From Curvularia clavata (taxonomy: Eukaryota), in the NCBI GenBank assembly GCA_023920165.1, contig CP089274.1, positions 4,216,001-4,280,000 of the forward strand: 64,000 nucleotides of DNA. The letters are read 5' to 3'. Numbering within the stretch: the stretch's first letter is position 1; each line of letters begins with the position of its first letter. Position numbers and translations under genes: made by a program. This document shows positions 39,274 to 51,384 of the stretch, piece by piece. Under the pieces are notes generated by a model. It saw only the letters and a program-made list of their open reading frames with translations, searched no databases and had not been told where the DNA came from.

Positions 39274-41274
39274 GGTGAAAGTTTTGTAAAGAAACTCTAG
39301 CTTATATTGATCTTCTGGGAAGACTCAATAGGAAAGTTGGCAGGCCTTAATAACGTGTTGAAAACCTAATGATCATTATATAATGTTCAGGACTTGAATA
39401 TATCAACTAGGCCAGGGCCTGGGTATCTCTTTATCTCAGACTTGTGAACAAGCAAGCCGGCCCCCCAGCTGATCAAGCCGAGCTAGTCGCGCCAAGCCAA
39501 ATTCAGCCAAACTGGCGTATTTTTACTGTTCTATCAAGCCATTCCAAGCTATACGCTCAGCCTGGCTCAGCCTGCTTATCGACATCTTTGCTTTTTCTGT
39601 TGTCGATTTCACAACCTTTTAGCCTTGCAGCAGTTCAGCCATGTACTACAATATAGAGGTAGCTGCTAGGCTTCTAAAAGTAGTTCCAAACCCCCACATC
39701 ATACTCTACTTATATAGTAGGTCGCTACCGAGCTCTCCCACTGGAGGAGGCTTTTTTTCAGCACATAAACCTGCCCTAGCTGCTGCAGGACAAGAGTTAC
39801 CGCAACAGAACAAAAGAATCAGCTGGGGCTGAGTGCCCAAATCCAGCTGATCTGGCCCTTCTTCATCAATGTTGTGATTTCAAGCCGAGATTTTGTTTTT
39901 GGCGAGTTGACGATACACTACATGGTAGTCCATGTGACGAGACACGACTTGCTTTACCAATTGGTTACACCAATGGCCTGGACTGTTTGTAAAATTATTT
40001 GCCTGGAATACATGAGAATCTGAGTTATGAAGCGTGGAACTGTCTTACTATACTGTGCATCGCGGCATGCTTGGGCTAGCATTGATTCCCAAATCCGAGT
40101 TCCTCTTCGTCATCTACTTAACCATAAACCAATAAGCCCTCAACGTAGAGATATGCTCTTATCTGCAGTGATTTTGCAGCTCTGATTGTAAGATTTTGTA
40201 CCACGGATACGTCTCGATGCTCCAGTTTCCGGTGTCGTACACTGCTTCATGAACCTCGCGCATCTCCGATGCCATCGAAACATAACAGCCGACAGTCTGA
40301 GCGGCTTGTTCGTACCCCCGTTGCTCTGTATCTGGCATTGCTTGGTACACAAATAGATCCACTGCTCATGAAGTCTCAGCGCAACGAAGCTGTGTACACT
40401 TCGAAAGGTGATACGAAGGCAAAAGCATCACGCAACGCCATCAAGGAAACAAGAGTATTTAAATCGGCGATTCGATAGCGCGAGCACACGTGAATGTTGC
40501 GTCTGCCACAATTGCGAACGTCAAAGCTGGATTCAACTAGCCTGATGTGGCATCTTGCGCTTGCGCAGACCATTTCTGTTGAACACTGAGATCACGTAAT
40601 CACTAGCACAGTGTGTTCAGGCTGTCTTTGTCCCCTGGTTCAACCTACTGATTCCTTTTTTCTTCTTTCTCTTCCATCCCCTTCAAATGCTTCCAGAACG
40701 TGGCGATCTAAGGATGCCAGAAACTAATTTTCTCCATGCTCAGAATGTGATAGTTGAGATACAAGATCATATCATGATTGTGATATAATGGATGGACATA
40801 CGGGGTCTTGGCCACTTCGAGATGATCGGTGCTGTGGCATGGGCAGGCCTACCTGGTTATATCTAGTGTCTGGGCTGATATCTTGTATTTAACGCAGCCG
40901 ATAGCTGCATTTTGTACTGCTGGATCCCCTGGCTGATTTAGATTGCGTGTTCTGCTGTGACAACCGAGACATATTCTCTTGGTATAGACTGTCATCTTTG
41001 CCAACCATATCCAATAAATAGCTGCTGTGAATCAGGTAGCACCTGATACTTCATATTTACTGAGAAGACTCCACCTAGTCCTCCCTCTTGGTGTCCATCG
41101 AATGCAAGCAGGTCTAGAGCAGAATGCCTTGTCGGCAACAGCCCTACGGACTGACACGACATTACGTCCCTATGTAACAAAACTTGTACGTCATGGCCAC
41201 TTTTAACCTGATACATTATTACTAGCTTCTAACTATTTTGACTCGAAAGAGAGAAAAGAATTGGTATTTCGTAC

Positions 41275-42271
41275 TTAGTTAGTCCAAGTTGTAGGGGAAC
41301 TGAAAGTAATGGTAGCATCCTCTAGCTTAGTCACTACGTTGATACGCGGAAGACCTGGCCAGAAATTAGGAAAGTACTCATCACCCACTGCATTCGTGGT
41401 GTGGTCCTCTTGCACGTCACCACCCCCTTGGCCTATGTCAGCGATCTCGATTGTAGCGCGGTCTGATTTCTGGTTTGGCATTGTGGCCGCCCAATGACTT
41501 GTCCCCGGAAGCTCGTCATAGGTGCTATTGCCAAAAGGCAAGGGCGGCTGGGCTAGTAGCGTATCAACACCCAAAAGATTGTACAAATCAGTGCTGAATG
41601 GTAAGCCGACTGGTAAGGTTGGCTTGAAGGTGGCCTGAAACCAGGGCTTTTCTGCCGGTTTGGACTCGAACGGATCGCCTGTGGTATCATGCGGGTAGAT
41701 TTTGACCGATGTTTCACCATGCTTTCCTTCGACCCAGTCAAACCTGGCTAGGTGCTTGGGAATATTCCAATCTATCAAAGCATTAGTGGGGAGTGCAGTT
41801 GAGTAAGATACCAGTCCATTATCAGGTAACTGAATTTGACTCTAGAATAAACTTACTGGTCCTCCCGTTCCAACACGTATACTTTTGACTGACGTAGATT
41901 CTACTAACTCTGACATTTTTTCGCTCTTCTACATCTCCACTAGGGTTGGTGTAGTTGTATTTGAAGAAGCCCGGAACGATCAGAAGCTCATCATACGGAC
42001 CAACAGGACTCTCCGTGTATCGGATGATCTGTATCTGGCCAAGTATGCCAACGTACTCGCCCTCTACGGCGGAAGCATACTGCCGTTCGAGCGGTGCGAA
42101 AGCCTTAGTTGGTAGGTCGGTTGAAGTGGGAATGAAGGTGACAGAATAGACAGTTCCCTTCAATGTCCATGGCGCAGGCGCAAGCTCTATTGGGCGTGTC
42201 GAGTTGTTGTCCCACTGCGCTGCGGACAGGACAGCAAGCTTCAAGAGCAAACACGCAATACCCAACCTCAT
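41275..42271 (-). CDS. Secreted acetoacetate-decarboxylase-like (ADC superfamily) protein; intron 41772-41856
   Basis: Signal peptide MRLGIACLLLKLAVLSAA, PAPWTLKG, RYTESPVGPYDEL and spliced IYVSQ...NGRTNWNIPKHLARF, the ADC-family 'GR..W..PK' lysine motif. Confidence 0.8.
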
Positions 42272-43026
42272 GGTCAAAGTTAATATGGGAAGGGCAGATG
42301 AATCGACAGTAAACAACTAGCAGAATCGACCATTGGGCGGGGTAAGCTGAATTATGAATTCGGTGAGTATTCTCAAAGGCGTTTACCCGAAGCAATCTAC
42401 CAGAGGAAGCGCTGTCAATTTCTGTTCTTTGGCTAACCATCTATGATACACCCCTTTACTTTTTCCTCGTGACTTATGGTATGGACTCGTGTAATTGGCT
42501 TAATCTACATGTGCTCCCGACGATCGCTATTTAATAATGTGGGGTAGGCAAGCCCGCTAAAGCCCCATCGGAAGTCTTTCACCCCAGAACGGAATCTATA
42601 CGGGCTTACGTGCGTATCTTTTCCCTTGGCCAAGACAAGACAACAAAAGATTCCTACGTAGGTAGTCTCTTTAACCTCGGGACAAGCCCCAACTCGTAAA
42701 AATAGGGCTTATCGTTCTCCGAGCTTCTGCAATTCAGATTGCATTTCGAGTCGTGATCGCAGCTCTGGTAAAGCACTACACCTACTTCAGTAATCCTAGA
42801 GTGAATCGCAATCAGGAACAGAAGAGACGGAAGAGACGGAAGAGGGAAAGGAGTGGGTGGATGGACAAGGGGGTAGTCTGGATTTAGACGCCATTAGCAC
42901 CTTTAGCGTAAACTTAGACTTACGAAAGACCCATGAACTCCAGTCTGAAGTCTCCATTATCTTTTTTCTATACACCTGTTTGGAGCAGACTCATGTGGGG
43001 GGCTCTATCTTGCTTTGTTCCCAAAC

Positions 43027-44925
43027 ATGCATTATTCCAAGTTGATTCTTCTTCCCTCAGTCCTCGCAATACCGCTACTAGATCCGATAATAGACCCGAT
43101 CATTGATAGTATCTGGACCCAAAGCGGACTTGTAAAAACACTTCTAGGGGGTCTTGCAGGTACGCTCGGTGCTGAACAGTCTTATGACTATGTGGTAGTT
43201 GGCGGTGGTACAGGCGGTAACACAATCGCATACCGTCTAGCTCAAGCTGGCTTCACTGTCGCAGTCGTCGAGGCTGGAGGGTCATATGAGATTGGCAAGC
43301 CTATCGTCGGTCCCGCGCCCTTCGGTGACATTATCGGTGTTGGTTCAAATCCAGTAGACAGCATCCCAACTGTCGACTATGGCTTGAGAACAATCCCACA
43401 AGCTGGCGCTGGAAATCGCAGGATGCATTACGCGCAAGGAAAGTGTCTTGGCGGCTCATCAGGTCTGAATTTCATGATCCATCACCGTCCAAACCGAGGG
43501 GCTCTGGATGCATGGGCACAGGCTGTTGGCGATGAAAGCTACTCGTTCGACCGATTCCTCCCGTATTTCAAGAAAAGCATTACTTTCACCCCGCCGAACC
43601 AAAAGACGCGACTGGCCAACGCAACAACAACCTACGCGGAGGATGATTTCACCTCATCGCCAGACTCGCCAATTCAGGTGACATATCCTAACTGGACACC
43701 TGTCTGGTCGACATGGGCGGCCAAAGGACTAGAGACACTCGGCATGAAATTGACAGATAAGTTCAACCAAGGTGTCCTCAACGGGTACCATTATGCGCAG
43801 ACGACGATGAACCCGCGCGCCCAGGTACGGTCCAGCTCTGCCGAATTCATATATGCGGCAAGAGACGCGAACATGGGTGATAAGCTCTCCGTGTATCTTG
43901 GGTCGCGAGTTAACAAGGTGCTATTCGATGACAACAAAACGGCCACTGGCGTTGAAGTCGCCGGAGCAGGGCTACTGAAGTATACCATTTCTGCCAAGAA
44001 GGAGGTTATACTTTCGGCCGGTGCCATACACACGCCGCAGCTACTTATGTTGTCTGGTATCGGCCCTGCGAAACATCTTACCGAACATGGTATCGACGTA
44101 ATCGCTGACCGCCCTGGTGTCGGCCAGAACTTGACCGATCATGCTCTTTTTGGACCCGCCTACGAAATGGCATTTGATACTCTGAATAGGATAACTGGAG
44201 ACCCCATCGCACTTGCGGCAGCTATAGCTGAATACGCGCTGAAGCAAACTGGGCCATTGACGACAAATGTGGCAGAGTTCCTAGCATGGGAGCGAATGCC
44301 CAAGAGCGCCAATCTGAGCCAGTCAACATGGGATGAGCTACTTAGCTTTCCGGAAGACTGGCCCCATATTGAGTATTTTCCAGCAGCAGGCTATATTGGG
44401 GCTTTCGATATCCCATGGCTGGACCAGCCAAAAGACGGAAAGATGTACGCATCTATCATTGCCGCATTGGCCGCCCCGCTGTCTCGAGGCAATATTTCAC
44501 TTGCCAGTGCCTCTCCTGCGAACAGTCCGTTGGTTAACCCAAACTGGCTCACCCACCCAGCCGACGTCGAAGTTGCGGTCGCGATGTACAAGCGCATGCG
44601 CGAAATCTTCAACACGGACGTGATCCGAAGCGTCCGTGCGAGTGATACCGAGTATTGGCCTGGCTTGGACGTGGACACGGACGAGAAGATTTTGCGCAAT
44701 ATTCAGACGAGCGTGATGGCAGTTATGCATGCATCATGTACTGCGCGGATGGGACGTATTGACGACCCTACTGCTGTGACAGATAATCAGGCGAAGGTAA
44801 TTGGAGTCCAGGGTCTTAGGGTCGTAGATGCTAGCTCGCTCGCGTTGCTACCCCCAGGGCACCCTCAAGCGTTGATCTACGCCCTAGCAGAGAAGATCGC
44901 GGATGAGATCATTCAAGGACGATGA
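43027..44925 (+). CDS. Secreted GMC oxidoreductase (AA3_2-type)
   Basis: Signal peptide, YDYVVVGGGTGG, GKCLGGSSGLN, EVILSAGAIHTPQLLMLSGIG, and C-terminal His/His pair (HASCTARMG, GHPQ). Intronless. Confidence 0.95.
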   Translation: MHYSKLILLPSVLAIPLLDPIIDPIIDSIWTQSGLVKTLLGGLAGTLGAEQSYDYVVVGGGTGGNTIAYRLAQAGFTVAVVEAGGSYEIGKPIVGPAPFGDIIGVGSNPVDSIPTVDYGLRTIPQAGAGNRRMHYAQGKCLGGSSGLNFMIHHRPNRGALDAWAQAVGDESYSFDRFLPYFKKSITFTPPNQKTRLANATTTYAEDDFTSSPDSPIQVTYPNWTPVWSTWAAKGLETLGMKLTDKFNQGVLNGYHYAQTTMNPRAQVRSSSAEFIYAARDANMGDKLSVYLGSRVNKVLFDDNKTATGVEVAGAGLLKYTISAKKEVILSAGAIHTPQLLMLSGIGPAKHLTEHGIDVIADRPGVGQNLTDHALFGPAYEMAFDTLNRITGDPIALAAAIAEYALKQTGPLTTNVAEFLAWERMPKSANLSQSTWDELLSFPEDWPHIEYFPAAGYIGAFDIPWLDQPKDGKMYASIIAALAAPLSRGNISLASASPANSPLVNPNWLTHPADVEVAVAMYKRMREIFNTDVIRSVRASDTEYWPGLDVDTDEKILRNIQTSVMAVMHASCTARMGRIDDPTAVTDNQAKVIGVQGLRVVDASSLALLPPGHPQALIYALAEKIADEIIQGR

Positions 44926-45046
44926 TACGTCTTCCATGGAGTTCAGAACAGAAATCGAGTAATAGAGACTCATAATGGAAGAAGCATAAATTACCTAACC
45001 CTACCCTTGTACATACTCCTGCAGGCGGTGCCTGGAAACTAATACA

Positions 45047-46678
45047 CTAATATAGTCCAAGGGTTTGTCCTACTACACTTCGGAAAATCCCCTTTGGATC
45101 AAATTCCTCCCTTACACTCTTGAATCGCCTAAGATGTCCTGAATCGATCTTCTTGTTTACCATCGTTAGATTGAAGACCTCTCTTGTGTTCTTAGTCCAG
45201 TGTGGTCGACATGGAAATCGTTCAATCAGACTCTTCGCCAGCCTGTCATAAAAGCCCTCGTTGAACCTCTTGCCATCACCCCAGCTGGGTTTGAAGGTTG
45301 GAAAGTCGAACATCATGGCACCTTTTGTCCAATCCGCGCCGTCTTCGGTGCCGGTAGTGACTTGTCCAAGTAGGTCATTGTATGGCTTGCCGAACTTGAT
45401 GTTGATACCAGAACGATACGTAGATGTCATTACGATTCCTTTCTTGAGCTCGTCGTCAAATGCTCCTCGCACATGCTTAAGCACGTCATTCGCAATTGTA
45501 ACTGGGAACGCAAGCTCAAGTGTCAAACCTCGGAGTCCAAGGTCCCATTCTGTTCCATAACCAGGGTAAAGTCCGCCGATCAAGACGTCATAGTTCCAGC
45601 CGTATACCGGCCAGGTCAATATTGCTTTATCTGTTCTCTTGTCGCGAAAGTTCGGTGGTGACCACAGTGCAAAGAACAGTGTCTCAGCCGCCATATTAGA
45701 CGTAGGTAGGATCTTGCCTTTGGAGTGTAAGTAAACACGCATCATGAATTTAGCCCGACACTCACCAGAGTTCAGAAGACCAGCTGCAATGTCAGCCTCA
45801 GCCTTTGTGACACTAAAGGTTGATTGAAATCCTTCTTGATCAGACATGCCAGCGGGAATCGGATCGTAATAGCGGTGGTGAAACTTGCGCAAATAGGGCC
45901 ACCACCAAAAATTTGCAGTTGCGTACGGCGCAATCAGTCCATAGATGTCCCCGTTAAGCACTTTATCCTCAGAAAGACTAGTGATTGGGTCAGACACGTA
46001 TGTAAATGCTCAAAGGAGTACTTACATGTCTTGTTTCGCATAGACCTTGAAATCAGGATAGATCTTGAACTTTACTTTGGCGATGACTCCAAGAAGACCC
46101 AGAGATGTAGATGCAGCAAGCCATTCATCGCTTTCGGACTTCTTGATAATACGAAGCTCACCATTTCCGTCAATGATGTGAAGCTCCAACGCACCTGCGG
46201 TCACCATACTCTCCTCACGAAGGCTGCTCCGATGCGCACCCATCGCGATACTCCCTGCCAATGTTATGTTCCAGTTCACTAGTGTATATCCCATGCTCGC
46301 GTTGTTCAGATGGAGATACTCAGCAAGCTGGAAAAAGGTGACGCCTGCCTCTATCATAACAGAACCATCTTGTGCCCCAGCTGGAAGGTCAAATTCACTG
46401 ATGCGGTTGAGCCGTTCAGTCCGGACGATTACAGTCGAAGAGTTATCGGAACACATGGTATCGTACCACATGTGGCCTTTACCTGACGCTCTGACGGGTG
46501 TGCCATTGCTTGCAGCTGTACGAACAATATCAATAGTCTCCTCTATGGTGGTGGGATCGTAGACTTTGGCGACATCGCGACACGCAGGGAAACCTGGACC
46601 ATCGAAGGTGTTGAATGGATCGGCAAAGACAACAGATGACAATATCGAGGCGAGGAGTGCAAACCGAAATTGAGGCAT
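45047..46678 (-). CDS. Secreted FAD-linked aldonolactone oxidase-like protein (ALO/GULO/gluconolactone oxidase family); intron 45978-46025
   Basis: Signal peptide MPQFRFALLASILSSVVFA, VRASGKGHMW (covalent-FAD His position), EAGVT, GAHRSS, SLGLLGVI, and C-terminal RPHWTK and FDPKGIF. Confidence 0.88.
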
Positions 46679-48447
46679 GATTCTGTACAAGAGAAGCCCC
46701 CCGTAACTTTCTTTGCTTTATTGGGCTCAAGTGGCTGTAAGACAATTGGAAAAGTTCGACTTGAAAGCGATATATTTGTAGTATTCATTGCACTTTGAAC
46801 CTTGTTTCCTCGTTCATGTGATATTCCAAGGAACCCGTTCATGCCGATGGGAGCTTCCTCTTTCACAATGACGAACCTGGATAGAAGACGGCTGATCAAT
46901 ATCAAATGTGATTTATGCATTTTGTGAAGGGAATGCAACTAAAATAGGCATCCGAACCGAGAACTTTCCGGGGAAATACATGTTTTCGAATACCAAGCAC
47001 TCTTTAATGCGGGGTAGGAGTATTGGTACTCTTGGCACGGAGCTTGGCTTGGAAAATCCAATATTCCGTCCTACCACGTGCAGCCAGAAACTCAAGCTTC
47101 GAAGAAATCCAAGTAGATGAGGATTTGACATGGCTCATTCGAATTACTGGAACAGAAACTCGCCATAACAGCTTCCGTATGCAACTCTACAATCTCATAG
47201 TTGGAGGGTAACTAATTACTGTGGGGTGTTGCATCCGACATTGCGCCGAGTCTACAAGCTTCCACTCTAACTCTACCAGAAAATCGGTGTGCGCCATGTT
47301 CAATGAAGCCGCAAAGGCTCCGAACAGATTTCAGATCCCTAGCTCCGCTCTCTGCAGAGGATTGGTTTTTCTCTTTTGCATCTTCGCCTCCCAGAACGCT
47401 CATTGGAGCATCCATCTCTATGATTGCTTATTTGAGGTGGACTGTCTCCCGCAGTTTCAGTTTTTTTTATTTCCGGTTTTGTGCTGATTGTCTGCGGTAG
47501 TAGCAAAAAGACTGGTCAATGACTGGTGAAGTTTTCCAGCCACCGAAACCTGATCCTGCGGCAAAACTGGCGTTAAACAAACTCCTCTGCAGTTCCAAAG
47601 CCTATAATGGGCCACCATCGTAGAGTGCCCACATCATCTTTTCATTCCATCCAGTATCCTTCTAGAAGCTTTTAAACTTTTCCTCAAGATCTTGTCGCCC
47701 GACTGACTTTGGGCCCGCCATATGGCAGATATCGAAGTCTTGCCGCCGAAGCCATTGCAGGAAAGTCCTGGCTGAGCTTGTTAAGTTCATCCAAAGGCTT
47801 GTATTGTGGCACGATAGGAATCGGTCTCAGGAACTCAAGGGGACGACCCGCAATCAGATAGTCGAATAACAATCGCTAGGTATTGAAATGGGTGAAGAAG
47901 GCCCCTTACCACGCAGAAAAGAAATCCCACTATATACTTTCAATCTAGTCACGCGCTATTACACCAAAATTGATAAAATGTATCTTTTACGGTGACATTG
48001 TCATGGTCTTGGTAACGTCATTTTTTTGTGTTACAAGGAATCAGGGCCCCGGTCCACCCCCTACGCTACGCCCCACATCTTCAACTTTGCGGCTTCCTTT
48101 TTATGCAAAGCCTTTTAGTACAGTTTAAACCGACACGTACTGAACAAACCACACTGGGAAAAGCAAGCTATGAGATAAATAGCAGGTCAGAAATTTTCTA
48201 TCACCTCCAAGGATGTGATGATCCTAATATCTTAAGATTATATTGTAGGTCTGAATCGAAGAAACCAGTACAGTTAGGGACTTTACTATCGTTAGAATAT
48301 CCCATAAGATCTCGAATAGCCCTTCTGGACTACGCAACGACTAGGTGATCTACAGATCCCGTCACCAAAACCCTGTTACAAAATTTTGCATTGCCCTATC
48401 CAACACTCTACCCACAGTACCCTATCCAAAACATACCGCCTAACACG

Positions 48448-48883
48448 CTATCCACAGTATGCCGTCCAGCTAAAATATTTACTGTTGTCGAAACATTGAT
48501 TCCAGTTTGCCAGAGAGTCCGCAGTCGTTGGGTTCGTTTTACAGGCTCTGTTTTCAAAAAGCAAAACTACAGAACTCTTGTTAGCTCATCCATGTGTCAC
48601 GCTTTAGAAACAAATCAAGGCACATACCTCTGCACCCCTTCTTTACCCAGAAGACTTGCATACTGTTTCCGCGCAGCGCCTTGCAATCGCCAACGGGTTT
48701 GTTGTCAGGGACAGCGACGCTGTCATCCACCTTTGAGACGCCACATTGCTTGTCGTCCCAGGTGCCGATAATAGCCGCGGTGTTGTCGCGAGGGACGATG
48801 CCAACAGCATCGGTTGGTGCAGATAGAGAGGCGTTTGGTAGAGTTGCTGCGATGGCGATCATTGACAGGATGTTGAACTGCAT
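48448..48883 (-). CDS. Small secreted cysteine-rich protein (124 aa, 6 Cys), effector candidate; intron 48567-48627
   Basis: Signal peptide. A GTATGT..GCTAAC..TAG intron adds a second exon VLLFENRACKTNPTTADSLANWNQCFDNSKYFSWTAYCG* that the ORF track does not show. Confidence 0.8.
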
Positions 48884-49491
48884 GGTGCCGAAAATTGCGA
48901 AAGCGTGTCAAATGTATGGATGAAGAATTTTTTGAGAATGCTTGTGAGAATGCCAGTGGAAATGTATCTTGGTGCTGTCGACAAGGAAGTATTTATACAG
49001 ATGATATTGGAACTGCAGATTATAACAGAATTCCTGGAGCATGAGACAAGACCTAGAAATAGCACTACGGTGAGAACGAAGTGGATCTAGCTGAGGCTGA
49101 GTGATGTAACGTACGCACACAAAGATGGTCTAGTCTTATTCCTAGTTCAGTAAAGTAGACTAAATTCTGTAAATCGAATGATCGCAATACATACGATATT
49201 TTCCTTTCTAGTCCTAGGGCTGCTTGGCATCAGCTGAGCCTCATGCTTCGTAGAATGTTTCCAGCTGACCACAGGTCTCTTGCCAAATATATTGATGAGG
49301 TTGTATCACGAGCAAACTGACTGGAGTATTAGCGACTCAATGTTGGAGCGAGAATTAATGTACAACGCAGCATTTCAATGCACAAAATGTCCATTGTTGC
49401 GTTATATTCAAGTTCTTGGCACTACCTCTGTGTTCTTCTTGAAGAAAGAGCTTTTCGGGCCCACTTGCACCAACAGCAGACATATAATTAT

Positions 49492-50502
49492 TTAATCTAG
49501 ATCGATATAATATGTTGACTTCTGTACTCCTTCAAGAGTATATATCATGTCTGGGCTGGGGTGCTTGATGTGCCTCCCCATGGCCGATTCAAGTCCCAAA
49601 CGAGTCCGCATGCCGGGATCTCCCCATCGAGTGTTTTGACGCTCCTTTAGAGTAAGATTTATTCCCCTACTGTTTCCGCAATCTTTGCTGTCGCAGTCGC
49701 ATCCCCTTTCCGACTTTTGGCATTTCATGTCCCGGGGGTCAGCAGTAACGTACGCCTGCTTCGTATCTAACCGTTTGACAAGATCGACGAGGAGATGCTG
49801 CAAGACTCGCAAAGCGCATTCACTCCAATCCACATGACGCATTCGTCCCTCAATGTTCATGTCGATTGTTTCACAGAAGTATCCCATCGGTTCCTTGAAA
49901 TCCTTGTCCCAGTCCTTGCGGAACTGATCGAACCCTTTGATCTTGAAACCAAAGCCTCCATCCAGAGCGTTATTCGCTTCGTCCTTGTCGCTGACCATTC
50001 TCTCGCCTATCAAGATACGAGCTGCAGGCCATACGCCGATATTTTGCGAAGCCCTATCTCGCGTCCGGCGCCGGTCCAGCTCCTCGTCAATCACATACAT
50101 CAGTGTGCGCAACTCTTTCAATTCGGGTTCCGTAGAGAAGGACAAGTAGGCAGTCTTAGTGCGTATGATATGAACAGCAACTAGGTACCGCGCAAGCAGG
50201 AAGCATGTAAAGATCTTCAAATCCTCAAGACCTTCACGTTTCTCGAGATGCTGCCGACTAATAGGGTACTCAACTAATTCGAACAGTCGCTGCTGTAAAT
50301 CATATGCAGCAACGACGAGTAGTTGCCCATATTTCTCCGTCAAGGTATACACAGTCTCTGCGCGTGCGATTTGGTTCTTGAGCGTTTCGAGTTCATTGTT
50401 CGATTTTCTTTGACTGTACCAGCTTAGGAGAGCAGTGAGGAAAGAACCAATCAGACTAATAATGGCCACGATGATAGCAGCAATAAGTTCTGTATTGGCC
50501 AT
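49492..50502 (-). CDS. Hypothetical protein with N-terminal TM anchor, intronless
   Basis: 336-aa ATG ORF with KY..LLVVAAYDLQQRL, IGERM and LRVLQHLLVDLVKRLD motifs. Confidence 0.8.
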   Translation of the reverse strand: MANTELIAAIIVAIISLIGSFLTALLSWYSQRKSNNELETLKNQIARAETVYTLTEKYGQLLVVAAYDLQQRLFELVEYPISRQHLEKREGLEDLKIFTCFLLARYLVAVHIIRTKTAYLSFSTEPELKELRTLMYVIDEELDRRRTRDRASQNIGVWPAARILIGERMVSDKDEANNALDGGFGFKIKGFDQFRKDWDKDFKEPMGYFCETIDMNIEGRMRHVDWSECALRVLQHLLVDLVKRLDTKQAYVTADPRDMKCQKSERGCDCDSKDCGNSRGINLTLKERQNTRWGDPGMRTRLGLESAMGRHIKHPSPDMIYTLEGVQKSTYYIDLD

Positions 50503-51384
50503 TGGAAACGAATTTAATTGTACAGTGTTACTTGAGTTAGGGTCAAAGAATAGCGGGACTTTTGATAAATGAATTAGAGTCTGGGGGAAACGACTACCTT
50601 TATAGTTCCAATGAAGTAACTAATGAGAGCCAAAAGCAGTTTAGCTCGACACACGGATGCATCAAGACGATGATCTCGCTAGTTCTCGATCTTGTGGCGC
50701 ATCTTGAGCGAGAAGCTGAACCAGATCATGGAATAACCAGGATTTTTCAATGCAGGTGTGCAGATCTCCCACAAAGGGAAGCGATTATGTAACTACTCCA
50801 GTATCATGCGTAGCCAAGATAGGAATCATAGTTCGCTGCCTCACGCGAGCTCACGTAGTGAAAGCCTACACGTGGCCTAGCATCGCCTTAGTCCCTTGCA
50901 GCCTGAAATTTAGCGTGAGAAGCAACGCAGCTAGGCTTTTCTTGTCCAGATCCAGACTCTCCCTTTTTGCATCGATGGGAACCCGTCCTCGAGCCACGAA
51001 TGCAACTTACAATCCCGCAGACTCAACCTCAGTCCCGACTAATGCGTTGGCAAAATTCTATCGTTGAAACAAATGTGTTTTTGGGTTAATATCTCTACCA
51101 TACAGCTGTCGCGATACGTTACCATATACGAGATGTAAAGATGCTGGCTATATGACTCGACATAGCCAAAATGAGAGTCAACAGGCTTGAGTAAGGTCTG
51201 CCGCAATGTGGTTAAGATGATGGCGCTGTTACATAGAATTCTTCAACCTTAGTTGTCCTTTATTCTATTAAAACATCGCATCATCGCGAATCGTTGCCGT
51301 GAAGCATTGCCACGTTAATCTGTGACGACATCTATCAAACAAAACCACGAGGGCCAAAACCTTCACGAGATCACAATATCGATC

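Noticed and set aside
40159..40573. Short minus-strand ORFs with coding-like composition
   Set aside because: Could be a gene relic, but no family or consistent frame was found.
47500..47872. Stop-interrupted minus-strand frame (LFDYLIAGRPLEFL...GWNEKMMWALYDGG)
   Set aside because: Possibly a pseudogene, but I cannot assign it without a search.
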